From Minutocellus sp. GHC0000111 (Eukaryota), in assembly GCA_977018835.1 (NCBI GenBank), contig OZ361258.1:2976001-3040000 (forward strand): a stretch of 64,000 nucleotides of DNA. Direction: 5' to 3'. The notes beneath the pieces were generated by a model. That model was not told the origin of the DNA. It saw nothing but the letters and a program-made list of their open reading frames with translations, and did not search any database. The stretch's first letter is position 1. Each line of letters starts with the position of its first letter. Of the stretch, positions 44,730-56,753 are shown piece by piece. Made by a program: the position numbers and the translations under genes.

Positions 44730-46460
44730 TCAGATCAGATTCTCTAAAGCTAGCTTGGCCCGTTCAGATTCCAAACTGCGGTTTGCTCTCTTGAGGCGCG
44801 CAATTTGCTTCTTTAGGCCGGCCTCATCCTCAGAGTGGGCTCTTTTTGCAGGAGGCTTTTCGCCTTGCGACTGCGTCCGCTTTTCTTGTCGACCCATTTT
44901 ATTAGCCTTGACACCGACACGCGAGGAATCGACACTCTGCTTCTTTCTCGACCTCATCGAAGAATCCTCATAACGATTCGATTTGATGTTGTGGCTGGCC
45001 CGAGCAGCTCTTGTAGTGGCATCTTCATCTGGCTCCCCGATCCACCCACACGCCTTGGCTAAGTTTTTCACGCCGTCCTCTGTGTAGAAATCCTCGTCAA
45101 GCTTTCCTCCTTTATCAATCATCTTTCCTTTAGGCTTCAGATAGCATGGTAGTCCGCCGATTCCTGTGATTTGTTTCCAACCAATGTCAAGTAGATACTC
45201 AGAGACAAAGGGCCACTGACGGCCCCTGATATCGTCAGGAATATGCAGCGAGGCAGAAGCAGGGGCAGTAGTGGCATCAGGCGAGGGAGTGCGATGTTGC
45301 TTTAGATGTTCCAAGACCTCTTCTTTACTGGTAAAGTAGTTTGTTTTGTGGACAGGCTCGTTGATATCTGAAGGGCAGACATATACAAGCCCCTCCTCAC
45401 CTTGAATGCGTTGGTGAAGCCAACCCTTGCTTTGGAGTTCAGTCCATGTGATGGGCCAACCATCATCTGTCAGGCCAATACTTTGGCTGCCACAGGGTTG
45501 GTGAGAAGGGTGAGGATTAGATACCGCGAGATTTGTTCCAGATGAACTAGTTTGCATGTTCTTGTTACGAAATCTCTCAATGGCAGCTCGCATATCCTTG
45601 CTAATGTAGGAATCCATATCTAATCCTCTCTTGCCATCCTTGTCTCCTAGAAGGCGTATGATGCCACTTACAATATTGATGGCGCTTTCATTCTCCTCAC
45701 AGAAAGTGCGAGATGCCTCTGGAAACTTCGCACGAAGAAAACCAGACCCACCCGGGGGCTTCGATGTGTCCTTCTTCGATTCCTGGTAGTATTGGGCGAC
45801 TTCTTTAACGATAGAATCGAAGGCCTGGGCAATTGCGGTCGAGGTTGAGGTACATTTGTCCGAGTTCCTGAAAAATAGGTGAAGTAGATCTTCTTCGCTG
45901 TTACGGATAGCGGGGGATTTTTGGGCTGCCTGCTGAGCGGGATGTGCTTCCTCGGGAAGGCCCGGTGAAGATGGCCGGTGAACTTGATGGGACTGGCGCC
46001 GCATTGGATCGTTCGAATTAAGTCCATTGATGGCGCCGTGATGACAAGGAGGCCCACGCCCCCCAACGCCAAAAGCTGGACGTGAGAATGATGGTGATAG
46101 ATGGTTACAACTATCGACTCGTCCATACGGAAAGGTAGTCGGTGGCACGATATACATGTACCTACGTTGAAAGCGAGGGATGAAATTGTCGATAGATGCT
46201 CTCATATGATAGCTGAGAAGACCATTACTGTGCGACGACGGATATCCAGCGAGGTTTTCGCGGATGGCACCAACGACACTGGCTAATGCTGAGACTGTGT
46301 GGGGAGCAGAATTTGATTCGTTGACATTGTGTTGTGAGAGAAAATCAACATTAGAAATTCTGCTACCACCAGTGGCCATAAAAGCGGATACTTTATATAG
46401 GAGAATGTCCGCATTGCCTCCTCCGATGTAATGGATAAGGAAGCTCTCTTCAGCGCTCAT
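44730..46460 (-). CDS. Hypothetical protein with two W..L...GW...Y..P...YF modules and a C-terminal coiled coil
   Basis: Long ORF; WTELQSKGW..GLVYVCP..NYFTSKEEV and YLLDIGW..CYLKPKG..DFYTEDGV. May contain an intron. Confidence 0.6.
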   Translation of the reverse strand: MSAEESFLIHYIGGGNADILLYKVSAFMATGGSRISNVDFLSQHNVNESNSAPHTVSALASVVGAIRENLAGYPSSHSNGLLSYHMRASIDNFIPRFQRRYMYIVPPTTFPYGRVDSCNHLSPSFSRPAFGVGGRGPPCHHGAINGLNSNDPMRRQSHQVHRPSSPGLPEEAHPAQQAAQKSPAIRNSEEDLLHLFFRNSDKCTSTSTAIAQAFDSIVKEVAQYYQESKKDTSKPPGGSGFLRAKFPEASRTFCEENESAINIVSGIIRLLGDKDGKRGLDMDSYISKDMRAAIERFRNKNMQTSSSGTNLAVSNPHPSHQPCGSQSIGLTDDGWPITWTELQSKGWLHQRIQGEEGLVYVCPSDINEPVHKTNYFTSKEEVLEHLKQHRTPSPDATTAPASASLHIPDDIRGRQWPFVSEYLLDIGWKQITGIGGLPCYLKPKGKMIDKGGKLDEDFYTEDGVKNLAKACGWIGEPDEDATTRAARASHNIKSNRYEDSSMRSRKKQSVDSSRVGVKANKMGRQEKRTQSQGEKPPAKRAHSEDEAGLKKQIARLKRANRSLESERAKLALENLI

Positions 46461-46877
46461 GTTCGAGGGTGTGGGAGCTAAAAGCAATGAAACGGAACAG
46501 CATTGGAGAGTATGTTCTCAAGTATTCCAAAATATCGCTCTCATACCAGCGCTCCACGATCCATATTTTTTTTCGTGGAGATCCCACACTTAATTTAAAG
46601 GGTCTTCTTTTTATTTTAAAAGTAAGCCAACGGAAATCACATGTGCTAATTGATCTTTCTCTCTCTCCCTCCCCCCCCTCTCTCTATAGATGAGAGTCCT
46701 GTCTTGCTGGGTCTAATAACAAAGAATTGGATGCATACTGTTGCCAATGAGAAGAATTATTTAACACATTTCCCATCGAATGATTCATCCGACATCGACA
46801 TGAATTAGATGGAGCATCAATATTTCGTTCGTGTCGAGTTTGTTAGTCACAAATATTTGCTGGGATTTTCCCTCGAA

Positions 46878-48169
46878 TCATTGTAAACAAAAGCTTAAAT
46901 TCGGCTGGAACATGCTTGTCCTCGGGTAAAAGCGAGTTAATACTTCTGAGACAACCTCGAAGACTTTTATCTCGTTCCGTAGATGCTCCAAATCATCCTG
47001 TGGCTCATCTGGCTTCTTGGCCGTTTGCTTCTCGAGATTCGATGCTGTTGGTAGAGCTTTACGCCAAGAACCGTCACTAGGAAGAGCGTGGCGCTTATAG
47101 TAGCTTTCGCCGTTGTTCTCAGCAATGGAAGGTCTTTTAGCTGCGGGCTTGGAATCGGTGATGTTGGAAGTAGAGGGATTCTTGAATTTAGCCACGAAGG
47201 CTAGAACATCTCGAGGATGAACAAAATAATCATAATCAGGTGCAAAGTGGATAGTGGCGTTAGGACGAATATAAACAAGGCCCAAGTCCTCTTTATGTTC
47301 ATGCAAAGCTCACGCCAAGCCGTTGTCCAATTCTCGACATCCCGAGGATTTGTATTGCTCAGATACTTGGCAACCTCTTGCTCTGTCCCAAAGTAGTCTA
47401 CTCCAGGGACCAAGGAAGCGATTTCCGTCTCGGGAAGAACGATTTCTGGGCGAATAAAAACAAGACCGAGATTGGGCAAGCTCTTCTGATACCATCCTTT
47501 TTCGACTAGGTCGGGGGTGATTCTCATGGGAGGGGGCGCGGCACTCACGGTGCTATGACGAGCGGCAGAACGAGCAGATTCCTCATTCGTGGAATCGGAA
47601 CGTGCTGGTCGGGCTATAGCAGCTTTAGCAGCCTCCGGTAGGGCATCATTTAGGATCTTGAACTCATGATTACTCAAATCAATAGTCTCCTTCTCGCCGT
47701 CGTCGTAAAAAAGTACGTATGAATGCGGCGGATCTCCTTGTCTAGCAATGATTGTGCCTCGGTAATATTCCTTATCTTGCGGCCAGTAAATAGCAATTCT
47801 AGAACTGACTACGACCTGTGCTAAGCAGCGCTGCACTTCTCTCAGGACAGCATCTTTCATCATGTCGCTGATAGCAGATGTCTTCGTGACGTGGGAGGAG
47901 TTGGACAGACACAATTTGATAGCGCTGATAATGACTTCGAAGGATCCAAACTTCGGATGGGACCGATCAAAGCCAAGGGATTGGACAAAAGAAGCCAATT
48001 TGCGGTTTCTATTATTCTCAAAGAACTCCCGAACCCTTTTCACAATCGTATCAAGTGTGCTTCCTTCTGGAAACTTGTTAAGAATGGCTTCTTCATTCGG
48101 TCGCATCTTCATCCCTGCGCGCTCGATCGTTGATGAATTAACGACGGTCTTGAAATGTTGGGTAGGCAT
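46878..48169 (-). CDS. Tudor/Agenet-like domain protein with two GW/Y-P/DYF modules; frameshift near 47305
   Basis: RIAIYWPQDKEYYRGTI...YVLFYDDGEKETIDL; LVEKGW..GLVFIRP..DYFG; GLVYIRP..YDYFV in the next frame. Confidence 0.65.
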
Positions 48170-48355
48170 CGGGACGGTAGGGCATCGGGCGAGTACTTAA
48201 CACGGAGTTAAATGGAACAGTAGGAGGACAGAAAAATGTACTTGAGACCACAGATGTCTTCCACGTTTTGGGGGGGCTGGCCTCTATTCGTACCGACACT
48301 ACGAGTAAGTGCAACTCCACGCTGCTGTCGCAACTGCACCTCCTCTTCGCATTCT

Positions 48356-49102
48356 TTATTGCCCAACCGCCCCACCACCTCCTCCTTCCTTTGATTTTTC
48401 TTCTTTCGCTGATTTGCTATCCTTGTTCAACTGAACCATCCTTGCAATCTGTTCCAGCATTCCATTCTCTATCGGATTGCATCGCAGCTCTAATTTTTGG
48501 AGCATATCGTTCTGATTCATTGAGTCCAAAAGCTTCTGGCCTCCATCGTTCCCGATGTTGTTGTTGAACAACGTGAGTGATTCCAATGTTGAGTTATGCT
48601 CGAGTGCCTGCGCAAGATGTGCTGCGCCCTCGTCGCCGATGTTGCATCGGTACAAACTCACTGCTCGTAGAGTCTTGTTATGATGGAGTGCCTCGCCGAG
48701 CTTTGCGGCACCGACATGTGATATGTCCGGATTGAGACCCAATAAGAGTGTATGCAGAGTCTTGTTCACCTTCAGCGCCTCGCATAAATATCCCAACCCT
48801 TCGTCACCAATGTGGCAATCGCTCAGATCCACCGTCGTTACCGTTACCGTTCGATTGGTACGCAATCCCTCCGCCAGCAGCTTGGCACCGCCATCACCGA
48901 CGCGGTCATTACCTCGCAGATCGAGGAGGGTCAGGCGACGAGTTTTGCCTAATGCCTCGGATATTGTCGGGCAGTCCTCCTCCTTGAGATGTCCGTAGGC
49001 CAGGTTGAGCTGCTCCTCCTTGCGGATGTGATGCGTGATCTGCCGAGCACGCACGCCCTTTGGCCGGTGGCGGCTGCTGCTGTCGGCGTGGGTTGTGGTC
49101 AT
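48356..49102 (-). CDS. Ribonuclease-inhibitor-type leucine-rich-repeat protein (NLRC3-like repeats only)
   Basis: Repeated L..L.L..N.IGDEGA..L..AL..N.TL units. Confidence 0.9.
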   Translation of the reverse strand: MTTTHADSSSRHRPKGVRARQITHHIRKEEQLNLAYGHLKEEDCPTISEALGKTRRLTLLDLRGNDRVGDGGAKLLAEGLRTNRTVTVTTVDLSDCHIGDEGLGYLCEALKVNKTLHTLLLGLNPDISHVGAAKLGEALHHNKTLRAVSLYRCNIGDEGAAHLAQALEHNSTLESLTLFNNNIGNDGGQKLLDSMNQNDMLQKLELRCNPIENGMLEQIARMVQLNKDSKSAKEEKSKEGGGGGAVGQ

Positions 49103-49503
49103 TTTGCAATTTTATTGTTCTTCGCTCGGTCACAGCTGCTGCATGCAGTCACAGAGAGCGCTGAGTAAGACAAAGATACGCTCAGCCGGTGAATTTCACA
49201 AATATTGCGGATATAAAATAAGATAGCCTGCTTGTCCTCTCAACATGGGCCCGTGCGGCCTCTAATTCCCAGCAACTCCGGGTTCCGCTAAGGGCCGATT
49301 TAGCCGCTAGTTCAGGGCGATGTAGGAAAATTGAAAGTAAAAACATACAGACATGAATATTCATATGATACACCACTTTGTTTGAGAGGGATGGTGCACA
49401 GCATTAGGGTTAAACAAGTAACTAAGTCTTGTAAGCATGTAGTTTGTGTCACTCGTTTCTCATTGAGTTCATTTGGTGTTCAATTGAATTTTGTCTTGGT
49501 TTG

Positions 49504-52500
49504 CTAGTAATTGAGGTCTCTGTTCAGGTTCCTGCGCCAGCTCCAGTTGCTCGCAGCTTCATCAAGGGTGTCTTTGCTCGCACGGAAGTTCCTGCACCAG
49601 CTCAGCACTGTCTCTGGTGTTTCTCCTTCAGCCAGCTGCATCCCCACTGTGTTTTCTTCCACTCGGGATGCCCACTTTCGTCTCAACTGCACACTCTTTG
49701 GTGCTCTGACCCATCTTTTTTAAGTGTCAGATTCAGCACTCTGTTTCGAGTCATGTTGTGCCCAGTGAAGTAGATTGCTGAGTCTTGCCGTCTCCCTCTC
49801 TGCTCACTGCTGTTGTTGCTAGCATCGCCAATGGTGGTTGCTCTTGACACTGCCATATGTAGAGCAGCCCTGGGTTCTTTCCCTCCATTCCTTTGTCTCC
49901 TGGGTCCACAATCACCCGGTCCACCGCATTTGGTTGCTGGCCATGGCTCACTGGTCCTGCTGACTGTCCTTGGAATGTGTGGCACGTTTTTGCAAATGAC
50001 AGTGTGAGTGGGCAGTAAGTGGCTTTGCAGCACTTGTTTTTGCACATCATGGCTGTCATTGGAATTGGAACGACCTTTTCACATGAGGGGGGAAAGGCAG
50101 GAGGTTGTTGGGTGTGAGTTAAACTGGTGCAGTTAAACAACCAATGACCTGACTCACGGCTTGGCTTCCAAAAGAACACCCCTCGGTATTCATCAAGAAA
50201 ATCTAGTTCTTACCTTTGGCTTCAGGGGGTCCCAGACCGGACCGCTGTACTGAGGGAACTTCACTGCCACGTAGCATGGTTGGTCTCCTGTGTTTGGATT
50301 TCTTCCTTCTTCGAAAATAATTTCTTCTACCTCTCCCACGCTGTTGTTGAAGAGTCCCCACTCTGGTTCAAAGTTTCTGTCTGCCAGGCACAGACCATGG
50401 CGCCTCTGCTAAGAACTGTTGCATTTGCTGGTGGGTTTGGAAAGTGTGCCTTGCGGACAGCTGCCTTCCCTGATGTGGACTCCCACTTGGTTTTCACCAG
50501 GGCCACTGGGTTGCTTGAACTGGACACCTTTTGTAGCTTCTGGTAGTTGAACTCATCCCTTGGCGCCTTTTTTGCAAAAAGATGCATGGTTGTTCCTGTG
50601 CTTGTGATGGCTTCCACTTCTGCATTTCCAAAGTTGGTGAGGTGGTACTGCATTAGCTTGTCTGCATCTGCTGGTGTTGGGTGTCCTGACCGAAGCCTTC
50701 CCAGCATGCTGACGAGTTCAACCTGATCTGACTTTTGACGCTTGATTGTCTTGAGTTCCATGCACTTTTCAGATGTGTCGAGAAAAAGCTGTGCTCCTGA
50801 TGCAGCAACTCCAGTTTGCCTTTGTGAGTGTGAAGGCTGCCCTCCAACTGTGTCAAATGCTCCCTTTTTTGTGTGTTTGTTGGTGGGGGCAGCTGGTGGT
50901 AGTCATCCCCCACAAGCAGAAAAATGGGCACCCCCCGAACAGCTCTCCTTCGTGGCCTCCTCCATGAGCAGTTGCTGCAAGATTCCTCTCAGCAGCCCCA
51001 AGGTTGTCTGCTGTGTACATGCTCCTTTCATCAAGCACGTAAACAACTGCCACTCTGTTGTCTTTCATCATTGTCTCTCTTTGCTTTTCTGAAGGGAAAG
51101 ACGATGGAGAGTGAGGGTTTATTCCAAACTTTCTGTGTGCATTGTCTGTCCTCCCACTGACCATGCTGCTGCACCGGTGGGGCCAACCACATGGATGACG
51201 TTTTTCTCTCCTAAAACCTCCCTCACTGTGTTCACCAAGCATTTAATGAAGAAGCTCTTGCCTGATCCTGCGCAGCCTTGCACCGTCAAGTAGAGTGGCT
51301 TGAAAGACCTGGCTTTGTTGACATCACTTGAAGTGGCGCACTCCACCCACTCCTTGACCTTGCTCATCACTGTCAGAAGCAACTCCTGCTGGTCATTTTT
51401 CACCATTGACGCATAAATTGCCTGCCATGGGCTTTCCATCTACTTCAGTGGTAAAAGGTGTCCATTCTGTTGCATCTTTTGAGCTGACTGCTTCTTCTAG
51501 CCAGGACCCCCCTTCAAGCATGGCGTCTCTTGCAGGGAACATTCTCTGAGACCAGTCATAGTTTAGCCCTCTGTCAAACTTGAAGTCCCCAATGGTAACT
51601 CCTGGGTTGTTGCTGACTGCATTGGTTTTGACCAAGTTGAGAATGTCTCTGGTTTCATCATCCATGTCTCCGTGAGCCTCGTAGTCATAGCATTCTTCAT
51701 CTTCTGCTGTTGGCTCACTGTGTGGCGTTTCTTCACTTTGCGCTCTCTCACCCTGGCGTACGCAATCTTGACTGACTGGGGGCAGCACGAGTCAGAAAGA
51801 AAGTTGTTGAACTCTTTGATCCATTGCTCTTTGCTTAGCCGGGGAGGTGTTGATGCTCTCCATGGCCTGTGCACTAGCAGCGTCATTCTGGCATTATAGT
51901 CCTTAGTGACTGGGAATGTTGGTTGCCCCCCCCCTCCCTCCTATCCAATGTGGAATGACAGCTTTCTCAGTGTGTTCTTGCTGCCAATTTGTTGTTGGAA
52001 CAGGTCACTGAGCGAAAGGTTAGGGTTCTTGGCAGCTATTTTTCTGTATTTGGCAACCAGTCCATTGTGGGTGTCTGATGTGAGCTTGTAGCTACCGGAC
52101 AAACTAATTGACTCGATGGTCTCCGTGCACAGGATCAAGGGAAGCTTGTCTAGCTCCACCATGCACTCTTGTTTTGGCACAAGTCTACTGACCACGGCTC
52201 TGTTGAGCAGCTTCCTGGCCAATGTGATTACATCATCAATATTTCCTGATACCTCCTCAGCACTGGAAGTCGAATCAGGGGAATGAGCATGCGCGTTACA
52301 GCGTGAAAATGACACAATGAACGGAAATAGACGCGGGATCAGATTCTTTTTGAATACTCGCGGGTATTCAAATGGAATTGGTCCCGTTTTGGCACATTTG
52401 CATCCAACGCAGCACTCACCCATTGACGATGGCTGTAATAGTGTCGCGTTCGGTGGCCAGTGTCTCGTTTCCTTTGCATGCGTAAGCGACAACATAATCG

Positions 52501-55500
52501 GTAACTTCGGCTATGTCCTCTGGCGTTGGTTCGCTGTCGTGACAGTCGTATAATAACACTTTGATATCACAATTGCCACGCCATCCTCTCAGAACGTTGA
52601 GTGGGGTCTGAATCATGCGAAGATTGTTCCGCTTCATTTCGAGCTTCAGGAAATCACGATCATCACGGGTGATGGCATGGTCTGAACGTAATTGGAATCC
52701 TGGTGTATCGCAAGCATTTGGGGTCTTCTCGTATCCTGTTCCGGCACGGCAATATCGTCGTTTATCTGGTTTTGCGGTGCTTGAATTCGTCTCGTGTGTG
52801 CTGGGAGGGGAATTTGCTGATTCTTTATTTTTCTTCGCACGATGGTTTCGCATGCAGTAGCTCCCGCATTTATGATGTTGGCATTCAAAACAGAGTCGAG
52901 CCTCGTCCTTACGATAGTCGGAAACCTCGCCGAGACGTTGTTTGCTTGCTCCCATGTTACCGCTTTCGTCAGCAGGCCTGTCGAGAAAGGAGGAAGAGGG
53001 ATCATGAGACCTTGTCGCGTCTGATAATGTTGGTTTTTGATTCAATTTGCACATATACTCACTCGCTATTCCTGTCGATGGATGAAGTCATGCCGAAGAC
53101 CCGTTCTGCCCAGTCCCCAACGAGTTTGGCCTGATCGGCGTGACTTCTGCCTCCGTCATTTAGCTGGTCCTGGAGGTCTCTTGTCATGGTCTTGTCCAAT
53201 ATATACCAAGAAGATGGATGTGTATCTGCCCCCGTCCTTTGGCAAATTCCATTCGGCCCCAATAATATTTTATGCCGAGTAATTCCTTTCCGACGGTGTT
53301 CAAGAAATTCTCTGCACGTTTGATGAAATATTGTTGAATTACGAGGGCATAGTCATTGACGGCTCTGTTTCGATCGACCCTATTATTGCTGAGGTCAATC
53401 TTCCGTCCGTCGCGAAAGCATCGATTTCCGTTTACGATTTTCCTCCCTTCCGCGATCCATATGCGTTCTTCTAGGAGCCGTATTGCATCCGGCCAAAAAT
53501 ATTCCGCACAGGAGAGGGTCATGAATATGTCTGGCGCTCCGTGATTGGCTTCTATGTGGTGAGAAATCCATGTGTATAATTTTGAGCGTTCTGACCGCCA
53601 GTATGAATCTGATCCACGAACTCGCTTGCTGTAGAAAATGAGTTTGCTAACAAAGGAAGAGTCGCCCTTCCTTAGCTGTTCCTTCAATTCATCGAGAGAT
53701 TTGGGCGGATCGCTGATGTGATTGTTGATGAAGTATCCTCCGCTAGAATTGTTACGATGTCTTTGGCAGTAGTTATACACAAAAAATCCCCAGAGCTTGT
53801 CTCGCTGAAATCTTCCATCGGCCTGCCGTAGAAGATGTTGTGCCCAATTTGCTACGTCTATGTCTGATTCACGGTCAAGATCGCGGAAATCACCTGTTCC
53901 TCCCGGGAAAAGCCAAGGGAATGCATTCGTGAAGATGCGTACATTGGAATATTCCGAAATGGCATCGGGATAGCTGGTCTGTGGCCAATCAAGCTTTGAT
54001 ACGTCGCTCTGCTCGCCTGCTGCCTCCTTCAAAGCATTTATCATTGCTTCTTGATTTTCGTTGGTGAGCGATGTTGCCTCTTTACACGAGAAACCTGAGC
54101 ATTCCTCTTCATCATTATCAATCATCAGGGGATCGATACATTGGGAATTGGACACCCCAGTCTCCTCGGTATCAGCGAGACTATCATTTTTTTCGGTGTG
54201 CACTATGTCAGTAACGGATAAGAGATCAGCCTCATCTATCCCGGCGGGCATCCAGTCAAGATTTGTTTCATCAATAGTCAATTCACCGTTCTCGTAGGCT
54301 TGCCTATAATCAGAGTGGTGCTTTACGAGCCAGAGGAAAGCATTCATGACGCGACGACGATTCACAGTGTACATTGTCGTGACCGGAAGACCGTCGCTAT
54401 TTTCGTGAGTTCGAATCATCCGTATTGCTTTGACTTGGTGAGGTAATTTTGGGAGCGACGAAGCTAGATCTTCGATATTTTGCATAAAGGAGCAAACGTG
54501 CCCCTTTATTCCAAGATTGCCATTTTTATTGTGATGTATTGGCACGAGCGGTGAGACGCGCTGGATCAATAATTTCTCGGCAATAGTGAGGCATTCTAGT
54601 TCCGGAGGAACCTCTAGATGCTCCTTACCCTCATCATCAATCCACAGTGGGATCATGGCATTTTCTTTCGTATAATCATTTTTCGTCCGTTTATTTGCAC
54701 ACCTTCGACAGACATTATTCTTGTTTACAGTCATATCAATGCTGCACTCATTGCACAAAGAGCAAACATCATGGTGAAGTTGCATCATTCTCGATTCAAA
54801 TCGCATGAGCGATTCGAGTACCTTCTGTTCGGCATAGGTTGATGCTCGGAATGCTTGGCGATTAATTGCGTACATATCTTCCTTCCTTAAGTGGGCGTCT
54901 CTTTTCCTCCTCGCTGCCGATATTACCTTGGTGGCTTGCCCAATGGCGATTTTGTACTTGTCATTGTTCAGTGCACGATATGGATCGCAAGCACTCAAAT
55001 CAACGTCCAACTCTATTGCGTCTTCCCATAGCTGCTGCACATGAAGAGCATCATAGTCGCGAAGACGGTCATGATGCGGTGGCTTTATGTTCATCCTGGG
55101 TATGCCCTCCTTCCTTTTAATTTGTTCTAAGTGTCGTCTAGCATTTTTCAGTCGCTGCTTTTCTTGTTTTGATACCTGTTCATTGTGTAAAATATAATTT
55201 TAAAATTGAAAGTTAGCGTGCTAGCAGTAAGGGGCTGTGATCATCAGCTAGTGTAGGTTCTTTTTGAATACCAGGGGGTATTCTTTCGGAACCAAGCCAT
55301 GAATCGGGTGATTGGTATTTACCTGATTTTGCCTCCGCTTGAGATTGCCGGTGTGTGGAACGCAGACGCCACCGCGAAGACGAATGTTTGCCATCACAGT
55401 TGATCCATTGTGCATTCCTGTCTCCCACAACTTTGCCTTTGTGTGCTCTAGTAGCTTTGACCCAAACGTCGTGTACACGTCAGATGGCGACACCGGCAGT

Positions 55501-55900
55501 TGAGTTGCCAGCATTGCTGCCACTCTGCGATGTAAATCAATGCAACTTTCTTCCTTGCTAGCCGGCGTGGCGATGACTGAGCCATCAGGGCACTTAATGA
55601 AGATCACCCACTCTTGGTCTTTTTTGTCAATTGCGTCCACTGTGCATCCATTGCTCAACCCCAAGCAGCAGAGTGGCAGGGGACAGTCGTATCGGTTCCC
55701 ATCATAAAGAGAGAGTCAATGTCCACTGTGCCCCGTCCTGCTAGCTTCTCAGTGGCAAGCACAACTTGAAGCCACAAGTTCCGCCCACTGCAGGTCCTTT
55801 TCACCTTGACCTCAAATGGCAATCCAAAGGGTGACCGGACCTTGATTGACCAAACTTCTTTGGGGCCGGCAACCAAGCTGGCAGACAGCCTCACCAGGCA
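49504..55900 (-). mobile_element. Helitron-type Rep (HUH) and PIF1 helicase gene, intron-containing and decayed
   Basis: FPWLFP.G.GD; FMTLSCAE..WPD (motif I); EF.KGRGQIHIHLL (HUH); YVVAYACKG (motif III); helicase QGCAGSGKS, LDERSM, FGG..LVGD..QLPP, L..IKRQ, AKTCHTFQG, Y.AVSRA. Element termini not identified. Confidence 0.88.
55323..55870 (-). CDS. Tandem ubiquitin-like domains; the second ends in RLRGG and splices to the Helitron Rep
   Basis: VIFIKCPDGS...FGSKLL...L.ETGMHNGSTV...RLRGG; upstream degenerate copy IKVRSPFG..FEVKV...GLSNGCTV. Phase-0 intron 55176-55322. Confidence 0.7.
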
Positions 55901-56753
55901 TGGGCTGTGCGCTGCTGGCATCAGCTTCATCCTGAGGGAAGCCCTTGCCAGCCCACGCTTTAGCGTCTGGTGCAAAAGAGCAAAGCTCATCTTCTCCTTT
56001 ACCTTCTTGTCCATGAAAAAGTAGCTAAACCCCTTTGATGGCACACCAAGAGGGCTGACTTCAAGCACCAAGCACCAAGATGGGGCTGTCACAAAAACTG
56101 AGGGCTTTGCAACAGTGTTCCCTGTGTTGCTCAGCTCCACTGTGCTCCCAATCTCGGCAACATTCAAGGAAACAATGCAGCTTCTCATCATCTTGAAGAG
56201 CCTCCTGTGTTGCTGGAACACGCTGGTTGAGCTGCAAGCCATTGACACCTCGTCAACACTAGGCGAGTGCACGAGCACAGGGAGTTGACACAGCAATTGC
56301 TTTTTGAGGCCTGAAAGGGGGGGGGGAGAACAGACTTCTCCTGTCTGGCATCACTGATAGAGATGCCATGTGTGCCAAAACTGGAGGTGAAGAACACAAA
56401 AATGAGTGAGAGGTGCACTAGCAGAAGTTGAAGCACACAGTGAGGAGCAAACAGGTGCAAACAAGAGGGGCTTTTTTGATCACTATGTAGTTTGATTACA
56501 GTTTTTGATTTTTTGATTGCAAAATGGGGGGTCTGACTGAATTTGTGACTGAGTGTTTGACCTCCTTCATGACTTTTGCGCTTAACGTTTTTCATTTTTT
56601 TGACAGTGATTTGTGTTTGTGTTTTTTTGTTTGTGTGTTTGGTGTTTTTTTGTGGTTGAAGTGTGATCAAGCCCTTACCTAAGACAATGCAAAGTTTTTT
56701 AATCCACCAGAAAGCAGACTCAGCAGCCACCCTGAGAACAAAGTTTCACTTCC

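Noticed and set aside
49245..49320. Hairpin followed by CTAG-T, resembling a Helitron 3' end
   Set aside because: Stem of only ~5 bp, and on the strand opposite to the Rep-helicase; not enough to call a terminus.
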